Numbered from the stretch's first letter, positions 1-9,604 are shown. The stretch is DNA of 34,263 nucleotides from Roseomonas sp. (GCA_044373565.1 JBILPX010000001.1:1-34263), one strand, 5' to 3'. Program-made: numbers and translations. The notes: generated from the letters alone by a model not told the origin.

Positions 1-1401
1 GCTTGAAAGCCATTGGATATCCGCGCGGGCGAAGACAATCACCTCATCCCCATCGCGCAAGGCGGGCCCGCCGCGTCCTTCCAAACTCCGCGCCAGATCG
101 AAGGGCAGCAAATGGCGCTGGCCGCTCCGCTGATCCGGGCGCAGCACCACGGCGAAGCGCGTATAGGGGTCAGGCCCCAATTGGCGATGATCCGCAATCA
201 GGCCGCGCACGGTAAGCCCTTGCCGCCCGCCGGCCGCGCGGGTGATCGGCATCGCCACATGCCCGGAAAGGCGAATGGTATTGGCCGCTACATCCGCCCC
301 TGGCCGGACCAGCAGCGCATCGCCGCGCCTGAGGTTGGCATTGAGCCCAAGCTCCGCGAAACTCCGCCGCCCTTGAGCGTCGCTTTGCTGGACCAAAAGC
401 CGATTGCCACTTGGGCGCAGTGGCCCGCCTGCCAGCACCAGCGCGTCAGTTAGCGGCATAAAACCCTGTTTGGCCGGCAATTCATAAATCCCGGGCCGCG
501 CCACATCGCCGGCAATCGCCACCACGCCGCCCAAAGGCGGCACCAGAATGCGCTCACCCTCCCGCAGCGTCAGGTCAGCTTCCCCGGGCGCATCGGCCAA
601 AAGCGGGTAGAGATCCACCTGCCGCGACCCCGCCGGCCCCTCGATCCTGATGGCACGCAGGGACCCGCTGCGCCGTACGCCTTCAGCCGCTGCCAAGGCG
701 TCCAAAACACTCGCCAGCGCGGTCAGGGTTTGAAAGCCGGGGCGCATTACCTCGCCGCCCACGAAAACGCTGATTTGGCGGATCGCGCCGATGGAAAGGA
801 ACACCTCGGAACCGCCAAGCTCGCGCGCGGCGCGGGCTTCCATATCGGCACGTAGATCAGCAAGGCTGCGGCCGGCAGCCGGGATGGGCGGTAGTTCGGG
901 CAGCAGCAGCATGCCATCCCGCCCTATCCTGACCGAGAGCGTCTGCCGCGCACGGCCACGCAGCGCCACCACCACCTCATCGCCTGGGCCTAGAATATAG
1001 GAACCAGGCAGGGCGCCAAAGCTTGGCGCCGGCGCAGCGCCACCGCGAAAGGTATCATAGCCAAATTGGCGGAGTTCCGCCTGTTCCAGCCTTTCGGCGA
1101 AGAAGGCTTCGATGCTGGAAAGGTTCGGTGCTGGTCGCGGGGCGGATGGGGCCACTTGCGGCGCGAGGGCCGAGGCTGCCGTGGGTTGGGTGATGGCAGC
1201 TTCCAGGACTCGGGCGAGAATATCGCGCTGCGCGCCGGGCGGGAGGTTCGGCAGATTGGCGCCGCCCGGCAGGCTTGGGGGAAGGCTCGGCGGGGCCAGG
1301 AATTGCGCGCCGGGCTGCGCTGCGGCGGGTGTTATGGCGAATAAAAGCCCAAAAATCAGGGTGCTAAGGCGTATTGCTGACGCCTTGAATGGCTTTTCCA
1401 T
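1..1401 (-). CDS. Polysaccharide export protein with SLBB domains (OtnA/WbfF/KpsD-like OPX); truncated at the left edge
   Basis: Absent from the ORF track because its stop lies outside the window. Manual translation of the reverse strand gives a signal peptide (MEKPFKASAIRLSTLIFGLLFAITPAAA/Q), a Pro-rich linker, then LRQFGYDTF, YILGPGDEVVV, ISVFVGGEVMRPG, LTLREGERILVPP, VAIAGDVARPGIYEL and LRDGDEVIVF, typical Poly_export/SLBB motifs. An alternative in-frame ATG lies at 1419. Confidence 0.88.
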   Translation of the reverse strand, partial: MEKPFKASAIRLSTLIFGLLFAITPAAAQPGAQFLAPPSLPPSLPGGANLPNLPPGAQRDILARVLEAAITQPTAASALAPQVAPSAPRPAPNLSSIEAFFAERLEQAELRQFGYDTFRGGAAPAPSFGALPGSYILGPGDEVVVALRGRARQTLSVRIGRDGMLLLPELPPIPAAGRSLADLRADMEARAARELGGSEVFLSIGAIRQISVFVGGEVMRPGFQTLTALASVLDALAAAEGVRRSGSLRAIRIEGPAGSRQVDLYPLLADAPGEADLTLREGERILVPPLGGVVAIAGDVARPGIYELPAKQGFMPLTDALVLAGGPLRPSGNRLLVQQSDAQGRRSFAELGLNANLRRGDALLVRPGADVAANTIRLSGHVAMPITRAAGGRQGLTVRGLIADHRQLGPDPYTRFAVVLRPDQRSGQRHLLPFDLARSLEGRGGPALRDGDEVIVFARADIQWLSS

Positions 1402-1440
1402 TTGGGCGAAGTATAACATTTAATACACCTAAAAAGAATG

Positions 1441-1469
1441 TTGATTTTTCCTTAACACAACCATAGATT
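1441..1469 (+). promoter_or_regulatory. Putative sigma70 promoter of the polysaccharide operon, overlapped by a CtrA-like box
   Basis: TTGATT(1441-1446)-N17-TAGATT(1464-1469) in an AT-rich divergent gap. TTGA-N7-TTAAC spans 1441-1456. AGGAGA SD at 1495-1500. Confidence 0.6.
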
Positions 1470-1505
1470 GCTTTTCAACGAACAAAATCACCTTAGGAGA
1501 GTGCC

Positions 1506-3266
1506 TTGCCCGGTGATACGGTTCTTGGCGAAACCAATCACCCTAAAGCCAACCTTCCCGGCTGGCGCGGCTGGTGGCTGCGTGCTGATGCGGCTTGGCG
1601 GCTCGGCCTGCGCCCGGTGGCGCTGTTTGGCTGGCATCGCCTGCAGCTTCGCGCGGGTCTGGCGCACCGCGCCTTGCCTGATCTGCCCGCACCGCGCGGC
1701 CCCTTCCTGCCGAACGCCCAGGCCTCGCCAAGCCTCCAGCGTGACTGGCACGGCCCCTTCAACCCTGAAGCCCATGCGCTGGATGTGTTGGCGCATCCTG
1801 GCACTGACATCCGCCAGCTCTGGGAAGCGCATCGCCTTGCCCCTTTGCTGACCCTGGCGCTTGCCGCGCAGCGGGACCCTGAAGGTAATCATCTCAACCA
1901 GGCAGAGGCGCTTTTGGCCGATTGGGCCACCGCCAACCCCCCCTTTCGCGGCCCAGGCTGGGCCTGTGCGCAGGAAGCGGCACTGCGCGCCATGGGCATC
2001 AGCCTGGCCCTTGCGTTGCTGGGCGCGGATCACGGACTGAGCCCAGGCGCGCGTGCATTGCTCGCCCTTCATGCGCGGCGCATCCGCGCTACGCGCGCTT
2101 ATGGCGCAGCGCAGGACAATAACCACCCCATCAGCGAAGCCGCGGGGCTGTTCGTTTGCGGCCTGCTGCTAGGCCGGGTGCGGGACCAACGCGCCGGGGC
2201 GCGGGCGCTCTCACGCGCCGTTGCGCGGTTGGTCTCCCCCTGTGGCGCCTTTGCCCAAGCCTCACCGGCCTATCATCGGCTGATGCTGGATGTGCTGGCG
2301 ATTGCCGAATGGTTCCGCCGGCGCCATGGCGCGCCAGGCTTTGCGGCGCCCTTCAACGCCCGGGCAGCGGCGGCGACCCAATGGCTTGGCCGCGTCATGG
2401 CGCCAAATGGCGCTTTGCCGCGCATTGGGCCTTGCGATGATTCTGCCTTTGCCGATCTTTCCGGCGCTGGCGGGCAGGATGCGCGTGCCAGCCTGGAACG
2501 CGCTACGCGATTGTTTCTCGGCGAAAGTGCGGGACTGCCCGATGATGCGGGCTGCCGCGCCCTTGGCCTTGCTGCCACCCCTGCCGCCCCGGAACCTCAA
2601 GCGGCGCATTGGCGGAGCGCCGGCTGGTTCGGCCTTAGCGGGGCAGGGCGCGCGCGTGGGGTGCTGCGTACCGGCGTGCCGCTGCGGTTCCGGCCTGGTC
2701 AGGCGGATTTGCTGCATTTCGACCTGTGGGATGGCAATGAAAACCTGCTGCGTGATGGCGGCAGCGGCGCCTATCTCCCGCCGCCGGGCTCTGATTGGTG
2801 GCAAAGCGTGCTGGCCGGCGGGGCGGGGCATAATCTGATCACGTTTGATGATGCCGAGCCCATGCCGAGGCTTGGCCCCTTTCTGTTTGGCCGCTGGCCG
2901 CGCTGCCGCGCCATTCCCGATGGCGCAAAAACCCGCGATTGGCGCGGCAATCGCCATGCGCGGCGCATTGAATGCCGTGGCCGGCTTTGGCGCGTGGAAG
3001 ACCGCATCGGGGGCGATTTCCAGCGTCTTGCGCTGCGCTGGCGGCTTTGCCCCGGCGATTGGCGACGCATTCCGGATGGCGTCGAAAGCGCCAAGGCGCG
3101 CATCACGCTCAGCGCCAATGCGCCCTTCAGCCTGGAATTGATCCGCGGTTGGGAAAGCCCGGCCTATGGGCGGGTGGAGCCCGCGCCTGTGCTGGAACTC
3201 CGCGCCAATCGCCCGATTGGGCGGATTTTCACTGATATCGCGCTACCCAAGATGGGTGGATGCTGA
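1506..3266 (+). CDS. Heparinase II/III-like family protein
   Basis: 586 aa. Motifs WEAHRL, NPPFRGPGWACAQEAALR, QDNNHPISEAAGL, YHRLMLD, GPCDD, RPGQADLLHFDLW, LLRDGGSGAY, HNLITFD. TTG start follows AGGAGA. The family is common in O-antigen/capsule loci. Confidence 0.82.
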   Translation: MPGDTVLGETNHPKANLPGWRGWWLRADAAWRLGLRPVALFGWHRLQLRAGLAHRALPDLPAPRGPFLPNAQASPSLQRDWHGPFNPEAHALDVLAHPGTDIRQLWEAHRLAPLLTLALAAQRDPEGNHLNQAEALLADWATANPPFRGPGWACAQEAALRAMGISLALALLGADHGLSPGARALLALHARRIRATRAYGAAQDNNHPISEAAGLFVCGLLLGRVRDQRAGARALSRAVARLVSPCGAFAQASPAYHRLMLDVLAIAEWFRRRHGAPGFAAPFNARAAAATQWLGRVMAPNGALPRIGPCDDSAFADLSGAGGQDARASLERATRLFLGESAGLPDDAGCRALGLAATPAAPEPQAAHWRSAGWFGLSGAGRARGVLRTGVPLRFRPGQADLLHFDLWDGNENLLRDGGSGAYLPPPGSDWWQSVLAGGAGHNLITFDDAEPMPRLGPFLFGRWPRCRAIPDGAKTRDWRGNRHARRIECRGRLWRVEDRIGGDFQRLALRWRLCPGDWRRIPDGVESAKARITLSANAPFSLELIRGWESPAYGRVEPAPVLELRANRPIGRIFTDIALPKMGGC

Positions 3267-4141
3267 TGCCGCTGCCGCTGCTGCTGATGGGGCTATGGGC
3301 TTGGCGTGCCAGGTTGGCGCTGATCCTGTTGCTGCTTTGGGTGGGGGGCGCGGCGGCGATCCTGCTTTGGCCGCGCGGCCATGTGGCGCGCGCCCAGGTG
3401 GCGCCGGCGGAAACCACGGCCTTCGCCGTTTCGTCCCTGCTATCGACACATCCACTGAGCTTGGGGCAGGGGCTGGATACGCGCCCTGGAGGTAACTTCG
3501 CCATCTATCTGGCCGCGCTGCGCTCGCCCGAGGCTGCGCGGATGCTGACCACGGAAACCCCGCTGCTGCAGGATATGGAACGCGCACGTCAGGACTCACC
3601 GCTTTGGGGGCTGCGTGTTTTGCTTGGGCTTAATCGGGCGCTGGATGCCGATGATGTGCTGGCCTGGCTGGAACGCTATTCATCGGTAACTCAGAACCTC
3701 GGTAGCATTACTTGGGCGCTTGAAGTAACCCATCGGGACCCAGCGCTGGCGCTGCAAAGCCTGATCAGTTTGCACCGCTTTGCAGAGGCCAAGGTACGCG
3801 CTGACCTGGCGGACCAAGCTGCTCGGCGGGTTGTAGCGCTTGAGGCGCGGCTATCCGGCGAAAGCGATATCTTCCTCCGCAATAGCCTTTACGATCTTCT
3901 GGCGCAGCAGCAGCGCGCCGGGTTGGTGGTGGCGGCGGATGAGGCTGTGGCGGCACGGCTGATTGCCGCCCCCATGGTGGAAGCCCGCGCTTCGCGGCCC
4001 AACCGGCCCCTTTTGCTTGGCCTTTGGCTGCTGGTGGTGCCTTTCGCGGTCTTCATGGCAGCAGCGGGCGTCTTGCTGACGCGCATCGCGTTTCGTGACG
4101 CCGCGCTGGTCACGCGCAGCCCGGCGATGCAGGGGGATTGA
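3260..4141 (+). CDS. Wzz-like polysaccharide co-polymerase (chain-length determinant)
   Basis: Two terminal hydrophobic helices flank a helical periplasmic region. N-terminal WPxxxxAxAxxxP and Pro-rich APMVEARASRPNRP before the C-terminal helix. No kinase domain. Confidence 0.68.
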   Translation: MLMPLPLLLMGLWAWRARLALILLLLWVGGAAAILLWPRGHVARAQVAPAETTAFAVSSLLSTHPLSLGQGLDTRPGGNFAIYLAALRSPEAARMLTTETPLLQDMERARQDSPLWGLRVLLGLNRALDADDVLAWLERYSSVTQNLGSITWALEVTHRDPALALQSLISLHRFAEAKVRADLADQAARRVVALEARLSGESDIFLRNSLYDLLAQQQRAGLVVAADEAVAARLIAAPMVEARASRPNRPLLLGLWLLVVPFAVFMAAAGVLLTRIAFRDAALVTRSPAMQGD

Positions 4142-5409
4142 GGGTGCGGGTGGATGGCATGGTCGTAGCGCCGCCCCATGATGCGCTGGCGTGGTTGGCA
4201 GGGGCCGCTACCGCCCTTTTGCACTTGGCGGGGGCCTTGAAATCCATCCCCCTGATTGGCGCTTTACCCATTGATTTTACGATATTCAGCGCTGCCCTAG
4301 CGCTGCCCTTGCTGGCGCTTTGCGCCATCACGCGGCGCTGGGTAGTGGCGCCTGAAATTGGCCTACCGCTTGCCGCCATTGGCGTGCTTTGGCTCTGGCT
4401 GGTGTTCGCCGGCTGCTGGAGCGCCTCGGGCGCCGTGCTGGCCGCCAAATTGCTGGAAATCACCCTGCTTGGGCCGATCATGTTGTTCGCTGGCTTGGTG
4501 GTGGCTGGGGATGACACGGCGCTCCGCGGCTTTTGCGCTGGGGTGCTTGGGGCCGGGGCAGCGGTTGCGCTCATCCTTGCCAATAATCTCGCACAAGGGA
4601 GTGTCGCGCTGGGTGGCCCACCCGATGTCGATCCCGAGAAATGGCGTATTGCTTACCAGGTGACTGGGCTTGCCATTGCCATGGCGGCGGCACTCGCGGC
4701 TGTTCTTTGGGCGGAAACGCGTGGTGCTGTGCCAGGGTTTTTCTGGTTGGGCGCCACCCTGGCTTTGGCGTTTGGCGCTTTGCTGCCCGGGGGGCGGGCG
4801 GCACTGGTGGCGCTTGGGCTTTGCCTGGCATGCGGTCCGGCATTGATCCTGTTCAAGCAACAAAAGCGCGGGCAGGCGATCCTTTGGCTACTTGGGCTGC
4901 TCTGCCTGGCCGGTGGCGCGGCCCTATTCATGGGAACCGAGGTAACTCAGCACGCCCGCGCTCTGGAACGTTTCTTTGCGCCCAATACGTTGGAAAGCTC
5001 TGGCCGCTTGCCGCTTTGGGGTGCGGCCTTGGCCTTGGCGGGTCAGACCATGCCCTTTGGCCTGGGCATAGGCGGCTTCAGCTTGGCGGCGGGGTTTGGT
5101 GAATGGCGCGGGCGGCACCCCCATAACTTGGCACTTGAAGCGCTGGCCGAGGCCGGCCTGCCTGGCTTCACGCTTTGGCTGATTGCCTTTGGTGGGGCGG
5201 CCTGGGTGCTCTGGCGGCTTGGCCGGACCGCGCATTCCTGGCGGGTGGCGCGGATTCTGATGCTCTGCTTGCCCATGGCGGTGACGCTTCAGGTTTCGAC
5301 CGATCTCGGCAATCGCATGGCGTGGCTCACGCTTGGCTTGGCCCTGGGGCTTGGGCTGCGCGCCGAGGCACCGGGGAAGGAGGCTTTGCATGTACGCGCT
5401 TTGGGGTAA
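4138..5409 (+). CDS. O-antigen ligase/polymerase (Wzy_C/WaaL family) membrane protein
   Basis: About 11-12 hydrophobic segments. GGRAAL, SGRLPLW, PFGLGIGGF and HPHNLALEALAEAGLPG motifs. The start may be ATG 4159. Confidence 0.78.
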   Translation: MRVRVDGMVVAPPHDALAWLAGAATALLHLAGALKSIPLIGALPIDFTIFSAALALPLLALCAITRRWVVAPEIGLPLAAIGVLWLWLVFAGCWSASGAVLAAKLLEITLLGPIMLFAGLVVAGDDTALRGFCAGVLGAGAAVALILANNLAQGSVALGGPPDVDPEKWRIAYQVTGLAIAMAAALAAVLWAETRGAVPGFFWLGATLALAFGALLPGGRAALVALGLCLACGPALILFKQQKRGQAILWLLGLLCLAGGAALFMGTEVTQHARALERFFAPNTLESSGRLPLWGAALALAGQTMPFGLGIGGFSLAAGFGEWRGRHPHNLALEALAEAGLPGFTLWLIAFGGAAWVLWRLGRTAHSWRVARILMLCLPMAVTLQVSTDLGNRMAWLTLGLALGLGLRAEAPGKEALHVRALG

Positions 5410-6034
5410 GGCTCTGCTCGACCGCGTGGTGGCCGCGCTGGTGCTGGTGCTGGGGGCGCCAATCCTTGCCCTGCTCGCGCTGGCGGTGCTGCTGGCCTTG
5501 GGCCGACCCATCCTGTTTCGCCAACGCCGTGCCGGGCGGCATGCCGCGCCCTTTACGTTATTAAAGTTCCGATCCATGCGCGCAGGAGAGGCGCCGGATG
5601 CCGCGCGGCTCAGCCGTTTCGGGCGCTGGCTCCGGGCCAGTGGCCTCGATGAATTGCCGCAAATGATCAATATCTTGCGTGGTGAGATGAGCTTGGTCGG
5701 TCCGCGGCCTTTGCTTTGCGAATACACGCCGCTGTTTAGTGAATCCGAGGCGCGCCGGCTTTGGGTGAGGCCCGGCCTGTTTGGTCTTGCCCAGGCGGAA
5801 GGCCGCAATGCGCTGCCTTGGGGGCGGCGCTTGGCGTGTGATGTACAATATGCCGACCAAAAACCCGACCTTGTGACAGATTTCAGGATCGTCCTGGCTT
5901 GCTGCGCCCTGCTGCTGCGCGGCCATGGCGCCACCATGCCCGGCCATGCGACCTCGCCAAGCTTGCAAGAAGCCCTCTCGCGCGGCGTTGTTCTCGTGCC
6001 GGCTCCGCCGATGACGCGCGGTCATCAGGGATGA
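5390..6034 (+). CDS. Initiating phosphoglycosyl transferase (bacterial sugar transferase, PglC-like)
   Basis: AAGGAGG SD before ATG 5390. PILFRQRRAG, KFRSM, LDELPQ (catalytic Asp-Glu), GEMSLVGPRP, RPGLFGLAQ. Confidence 0.9.
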   Translation: MYALWGKALLDRVVAALVLVLGAPILALLALAVLLALGRPILFRQRRAGRHAAPFTLLKFRSMRAGEAPDAARLSRFGRWLRASGLDELPQMINILRGEMSLVGPRPLLCEYTPLFSESEARRLWVRPGLFGLAQAEGRNALPWGRRLACDVQYADQKPDLVTDFRIVLACCALLLRGHGATMPGHATSPSLQEALSRGVVLVPAPPMTRGHQG

Positions 6035-7230
6035 ATGCCATGCTCTCTTCCGCCCATGCTGCCCGCATCCTGCCCAAGCCGCCGAAGCCAGCGCGAGAGG
6101 TAGCGGCACCCATCCTGCTCTCACCTCCCCATCTCACGGGGCGGGAGAAGGCCGCGATCGAAGCGAGCCTCGCCTCTGGCTGGTTGGCGCCGGCGGGCCC
6201 AATTCCGCGCGCTTTTGAAGCCGCCTTGGCCAAGAATACGGGCTTCGCCCATGTGTTGGGGGTCGCCTCAGGCACGGCGGCACTGACGCTGGCCTTCCGC
6301 GTGCTGGAAATCGGCCCGGGGGATGAGGTCTGGGTGCCGGGCTTTACTTTCATCGCCTCCATCGCGCCGGCGGTGCAATTGGGCGCCAGGCCGCGTTTTC
6401 TGGATGTTTGTCCTGCAAGCTGGACGCTCGATACCGCGCTTTTGGCCACGGAACTTCGCCAGGCAGCGCGGCAGGGCAGGCTGCCGAAGGCGTTGGTAGC
6501 GGTGGATATCTACGGCCAATGCGCCGCGCTGCATGAAATCGCCCCGCTTTGCGCCGAATTTGGCGTGTCGCTGGTCTCAGACAGCGCCGAGGGGCTGGGG
6601 GCGACCCAGGCAGGGCTTCCTGCCGGCAAGGGGGCCTTGCTCGCGGCCTTTTCTTTCAATGGCAACAAAATCATCACCGCTGGCGGCGGCGGGGCGCTCG
6701 CTTCTGATAATGCGTTTTTGATTGCGCGCGCCCGCGCCCTGGCCGATCAGGCCAAAACCCCGGCGCCGCATTATGAACACGAGACCACCGGCTATTCCTT
6801 CGGTCTGTCTTCCCTATTGGCGGCGGTTGGGCTCGCGCAATTGCCCAAGCTTACCGATCGCGTGGCCCGACGACGCGCGATTTTCGCGCGCTACCAGGAA
6901 GGGCTGGAGGATTTGCCGGGCATTTCCTTCATGCCCGAAGCCGCTTGGGGCAGGGCATCGCGCTGGCTTTCCGCCATGTTGATTGACCCTGAAGGATTCG
7001 GCATGGATGCCGATGGCCTGCGGCGCGTTTTGGCCGCCGAGGGCATTGAAAGCCGCCAGGTTTTCAAGCCCTTGCATATGCAGCCTGTGTTTCGTGACGC
7101 GCCCCGCATCGGCGGCGCGGTGGCGGAAGCGCTTTTTGCGCGCGGGCTTTGCCTGCCCTCTGGCAGCGGCATGGCACCCGCCGCGCAGCACCGCGTGATC
7201 TGCGCCATCCGCGCTGCGGCGCGCGGCTGA
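6031..7230 (+). CDS. DegT/DnrJ/EryC1/StrS sugar aminotransferase (PglE/EpsN-like)
   Basis: ATGA overlap with the upstream stop. LSPPH, SGTAAL, VDIYGQ, DSAEGLG, SFNGNKIITAGGGG (PLP lysine), KPLHMQP, GLCLPSG. Confidence 0.9.
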   Translation: MNAMLSSAHAARILPKPPKPAREVAAPILLSPPHLTGREKAAIEASLASGWLAPAGPIPRAFEAALAKNTGFAHVLGVASGTAALTLAFRVLEIGPGDEVWVPGFTFIASIAPAVQLGARPRFLDVCPASWTLDTALLATELRQAARQGRLPKALVAVDIYGQCAALHEIAPLCAEFGVSLVSDSAEGLGATQAGLPAGKGALLAAFSFNGNKIITAGGGGALASDNAFLIARARALADQAKTPAPHYEHETTGYSFGLSSLLAAVGLAQLPKLTDRVARRRAIFARYQEGLEDLPGISFMPEAAWGRASRWLSAMLIDPEGFGMDADGLRRVLAAEGIESRQVFKPLHMQPVFRDAPRIGGAVAEALFARGLCLPSGSGMAPAAQHRVICAIRAAARG

Positions 7231-7235
7231 CTTCC

Positions 7236-8495
7236 ATGCACATCCTTTATCTGCATCAGTATTTCAGCACGCCCGAGGGCAGCACCGCGACACGAAGCTT
7301 CGCCTTCGCCCGCAGTCTTGCCGCGCGCGGCCATCGCGTGACGCTCGCGACTGGGCGCTATCAGGGCGCTGAGACCGGGCTCAACGGCGCCTTTCGGAAG
7401 GGAAGGCGGGAAGGCCGCGTGGCCAGCTTCCATGTGGTGGAATTCGATGTCCCTTACGCCAATGCCATGGGTGTTGCGGCCCGTGGCGCGGCGTTTCTGC
7501 GCTATGCGGTGGCGACAACGCGGCTTGCGTTCCGGGTGAAGCCCGATTTGATTATCGCGTCCTCAACCCCGCTGACGGTGGCTTTGCCGGCGCTTCTGGC
7601 CAAGGCCTTCCGGGGCATTCCCTTCATTTTTGAAATTCGCGACCCCTGGCCGGAATTGCCGCGCGCGATGGGCGTGCTGCCGGCGGCGCTGGCCCCCGTA
7701 TTTGATACCCTGGCCAATCTCGCCTGCCGCCATGCGGCCGCGGTGGTCGCATTATCGGATGGCATGGCGGAGACAGCCCTTGCGCGCGGCGCGGACCCCT
7801 CGCGGGTGCAGGTGATCGGCAATGGCTGCGATCTGGACCTTTTTGGGCCCCATATCGCGCCCTGGCGCCCGCCCGAGGCCGCGCCCTGGGAAGCGCTGGC
7901 GCTTTATGCTGGCGCGCATGGGAAGGCGAATGGTCTTGGCGTGGTGGTGGAAGCCGCGCGTCTTTTGGCCGCCAGGGGCGAGGCCCGGCTCCGCATTCTG
8001 CTGGTGGGGGAAGGCGCCGAGAAAACCGCGCTGATCCGGCAGGCGGCCGGCCTGCCCAATCTGACTTTCCTGCCGCCCATGCCCAAGCGCGATGTGGCGC
8101 GGCTTTTCGCGGGCAGCCAAATCGCTTTGCATATCCTGGCCGATTGCCTGGCCTTCGCCGAATGGACCGCGCCCAATAAGCTGATGGATGGCCTGGCCGC
8201 GGGGCGGCCCGTGATCAGCACCGCGCCTGGCCAGGCCGCGCGACTATTGGCGGATGGTGGCTGCGGCATCGCCGTGCCGCCCGGCGACGCTGCGGGCTTG
8301 GCTGCAGCGCTGACCAGCCTGGTGGAAGACACCGCGCGCCGTGCGGCGATGGGGGCGGCGGCGCGCAGTATTGCTGTCCGCCAGCATGATCGGCGCCTGC
8401 TGGCGGCACGTTTCGCGGTGCTGGTGGAAGCCATCCCCGTGCCTGCCAGGGGCCTCTCAACCTCAAACCGTCTAGCCGTTTCAGGAAGGCGCTGA
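7236..8495 (+). CDS. Glycosyltransferase family 4 (WbuB-like)
   Basis: MHILYLHQYF start, SSTPL, FEIRDPWPE, YAGAHGKANGL, PNKLMDGLAAGRPV. Confidence 0.88.
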   Translation: MHILYLHQYFSTPEGSTATRSFAFARSLAARGHRVTLATGRYQGAETGLNGAFRKGRREGRVASFHVVEFDVPYANAMGVAARGAAFLRYAVATTRLAFRVKPDLIIASSTPLTVALPALLAKAFRGIPFIFEIRDPWPELPRAMGVLPAALAPVFDTLANLACRHAAAVVALSDGMAETALARGADPSRVQVIGNGCDLDLFGPHIAPWRPPEAAPWEALALYAGAHGKANGLGVVVEAARLLAARGEARLRILLVGEGAEKTALIRQAAGLPNLTFLPPMPKRDVARLFAGSQIALHILADCLAFAEWTAPNKLMDGLAAGRPVISTAPGQAARLLADGGCGIAVPPGDAAGLAAALTSLVEDTARRAAMGAAARSIAVRQHDRRLLAARFAVLVEAIPVPARGLSTSNRLAVSGRR

Positions 8496-8497
8496 AT

Positions 8498-9604
8498 ATG
8501 CTGCCCGAGGTGCATCTCGTTGCCGCCGCAAGGCCCAATTTGCCGAAACTCGCCGCCCTTTGGCATGCGCTGGCCGCTGGCCCCGATTTCTGCCAACCCA
8601 TTTTGCTGCATACCGGCCAGCATGAGGACCCGGCCATGTTCGGTGTGCATTTCGCCGATCTTGGCCTGCCCACGCCTGATATCGCGCTTGGGGTTTCGGG
8701 CGGCAGCCATGCGGTGCTGACGGGGCGTTCCATGATTGCCTGCGAAACCGTCTGGAAATCGCGGCGCCCCGCTGCCGTGGTGGTGGCGGGTGATGTGGAT
8801 GGCGCGCTCGCCGCAGCACTCGCCGCACGCAAGATGGGCATTACGCTGATCCATCTGGAGGCGGGTTTGCGTTCGGGCGAACGGGATTTGCCTGAAGAAA
8901 TCAATCGCCGCGCCATTGATGCGATTTCCGATATTCTTTGGGCGCCGGATGAGGCAACCGCCGCGCGGCTGCGTCAGGAAGGCCATACCGCTGCTGCGGT
9001 GCGGGCGGTGGGCAATGCCATGGTGGATACGCAGATGCGGCACTTGCAGGCCGCGCGCGCAAAGCGCCTGCCGCGCGGCCTGACACGCGGTGGGTATGGG
9101 CTTGTGACGCTGCATCGCGCCGGCAATGTGGATAAGCCCGAGCGCTTCATTGCGCTGCTTGATGCGCTTTCTGCTGCGGCGCGGCATGTGCCGCTGGTCT
9201 GGCCCATTCACCCGCGCGCGGCGGCGCAAATGAAGGCCTTTGGCTTTGTGCCGCCTGCGGGTGTGCGCATCATGCCGCCGCTCGGATATCTAGAGTTTCT
9301 GTCCTTGCTGTGTCGTGCGCGGCTGGTCGCGACCGATAGCGGTGGCGTGCAGGAAGAAGCGACTGCGCTTGGCCTGCCTTGCCTGACGCTGCGCGGCGCC
9401 ACTGAACGCCCCATCACCATCGCCGCCGGTATGAACAGGCTGGCCACGCCTGAGGAATTGCCGCAGCACGTCATGGAAATCCTGAGCAGCCCCTTGCGTC
9501 CGGCGAGGCCCATTCCGCTTTGGGATGGGCGCGCGGGCGCCCGCATGTGTGAGCATTTGCAAACCCTACTGGAAGGTGACGAATGCCGCGCGATGGTGGC
9601 CTGA
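8498..9604 (+). CDS. wecB: UDP-N-acetylglucosamine 2-epimerase (non-hydrolysing)
   Basis: ARPN, HTGQH, HLEAGLRS, PEEINR, TLHR, TDSGGVQEE, LRGATERP. Confidence 0.9.
   Translation: MLPEVHLVAAARPNLPKLAALWHALAAGPDFCQPILLHTGQHEDPAMFGVHFADLGLPTPDIALGVSGGSHAVLTGRSMIACETVWKSRRPAAVVVAGDVDGALAAALAARKMGITLIHLEAGLRSGERDLPEEINRRAIDAISDILWAPDEATAARLRQEGHTAAAVRAVGNAMVDTQMRHLQAARAKRLPRGLTRGGYGLVTLHRAGNVDKPERFIALLDALSAAARHVPLVWPIHPRAAAQMKAFGFVPPAGVRIMPPLGYLEFLSLLCRARLVATDSGGVQEEATALGLPCLTLRGATERPITIAAGMNRLATPEELPQHVMEILSSPLRPARPIPLWDGRAGARMCEHLQTLLEGDECRAMVA

Noticed and set aside
3-1423. Plus-strand ORFs 3-215, 13-453, 791-1000, 1066-1344 and 1112-1423
   Set aside because: Antisense shadows of the minus-strand export gene, with no recognisable motifs.
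3262-3288. GCT/GCC triplet run as a phase-variation tract
   Set aside because: Imperfect in-frame Leu/Pro codons. Slippage would not shift the frame.
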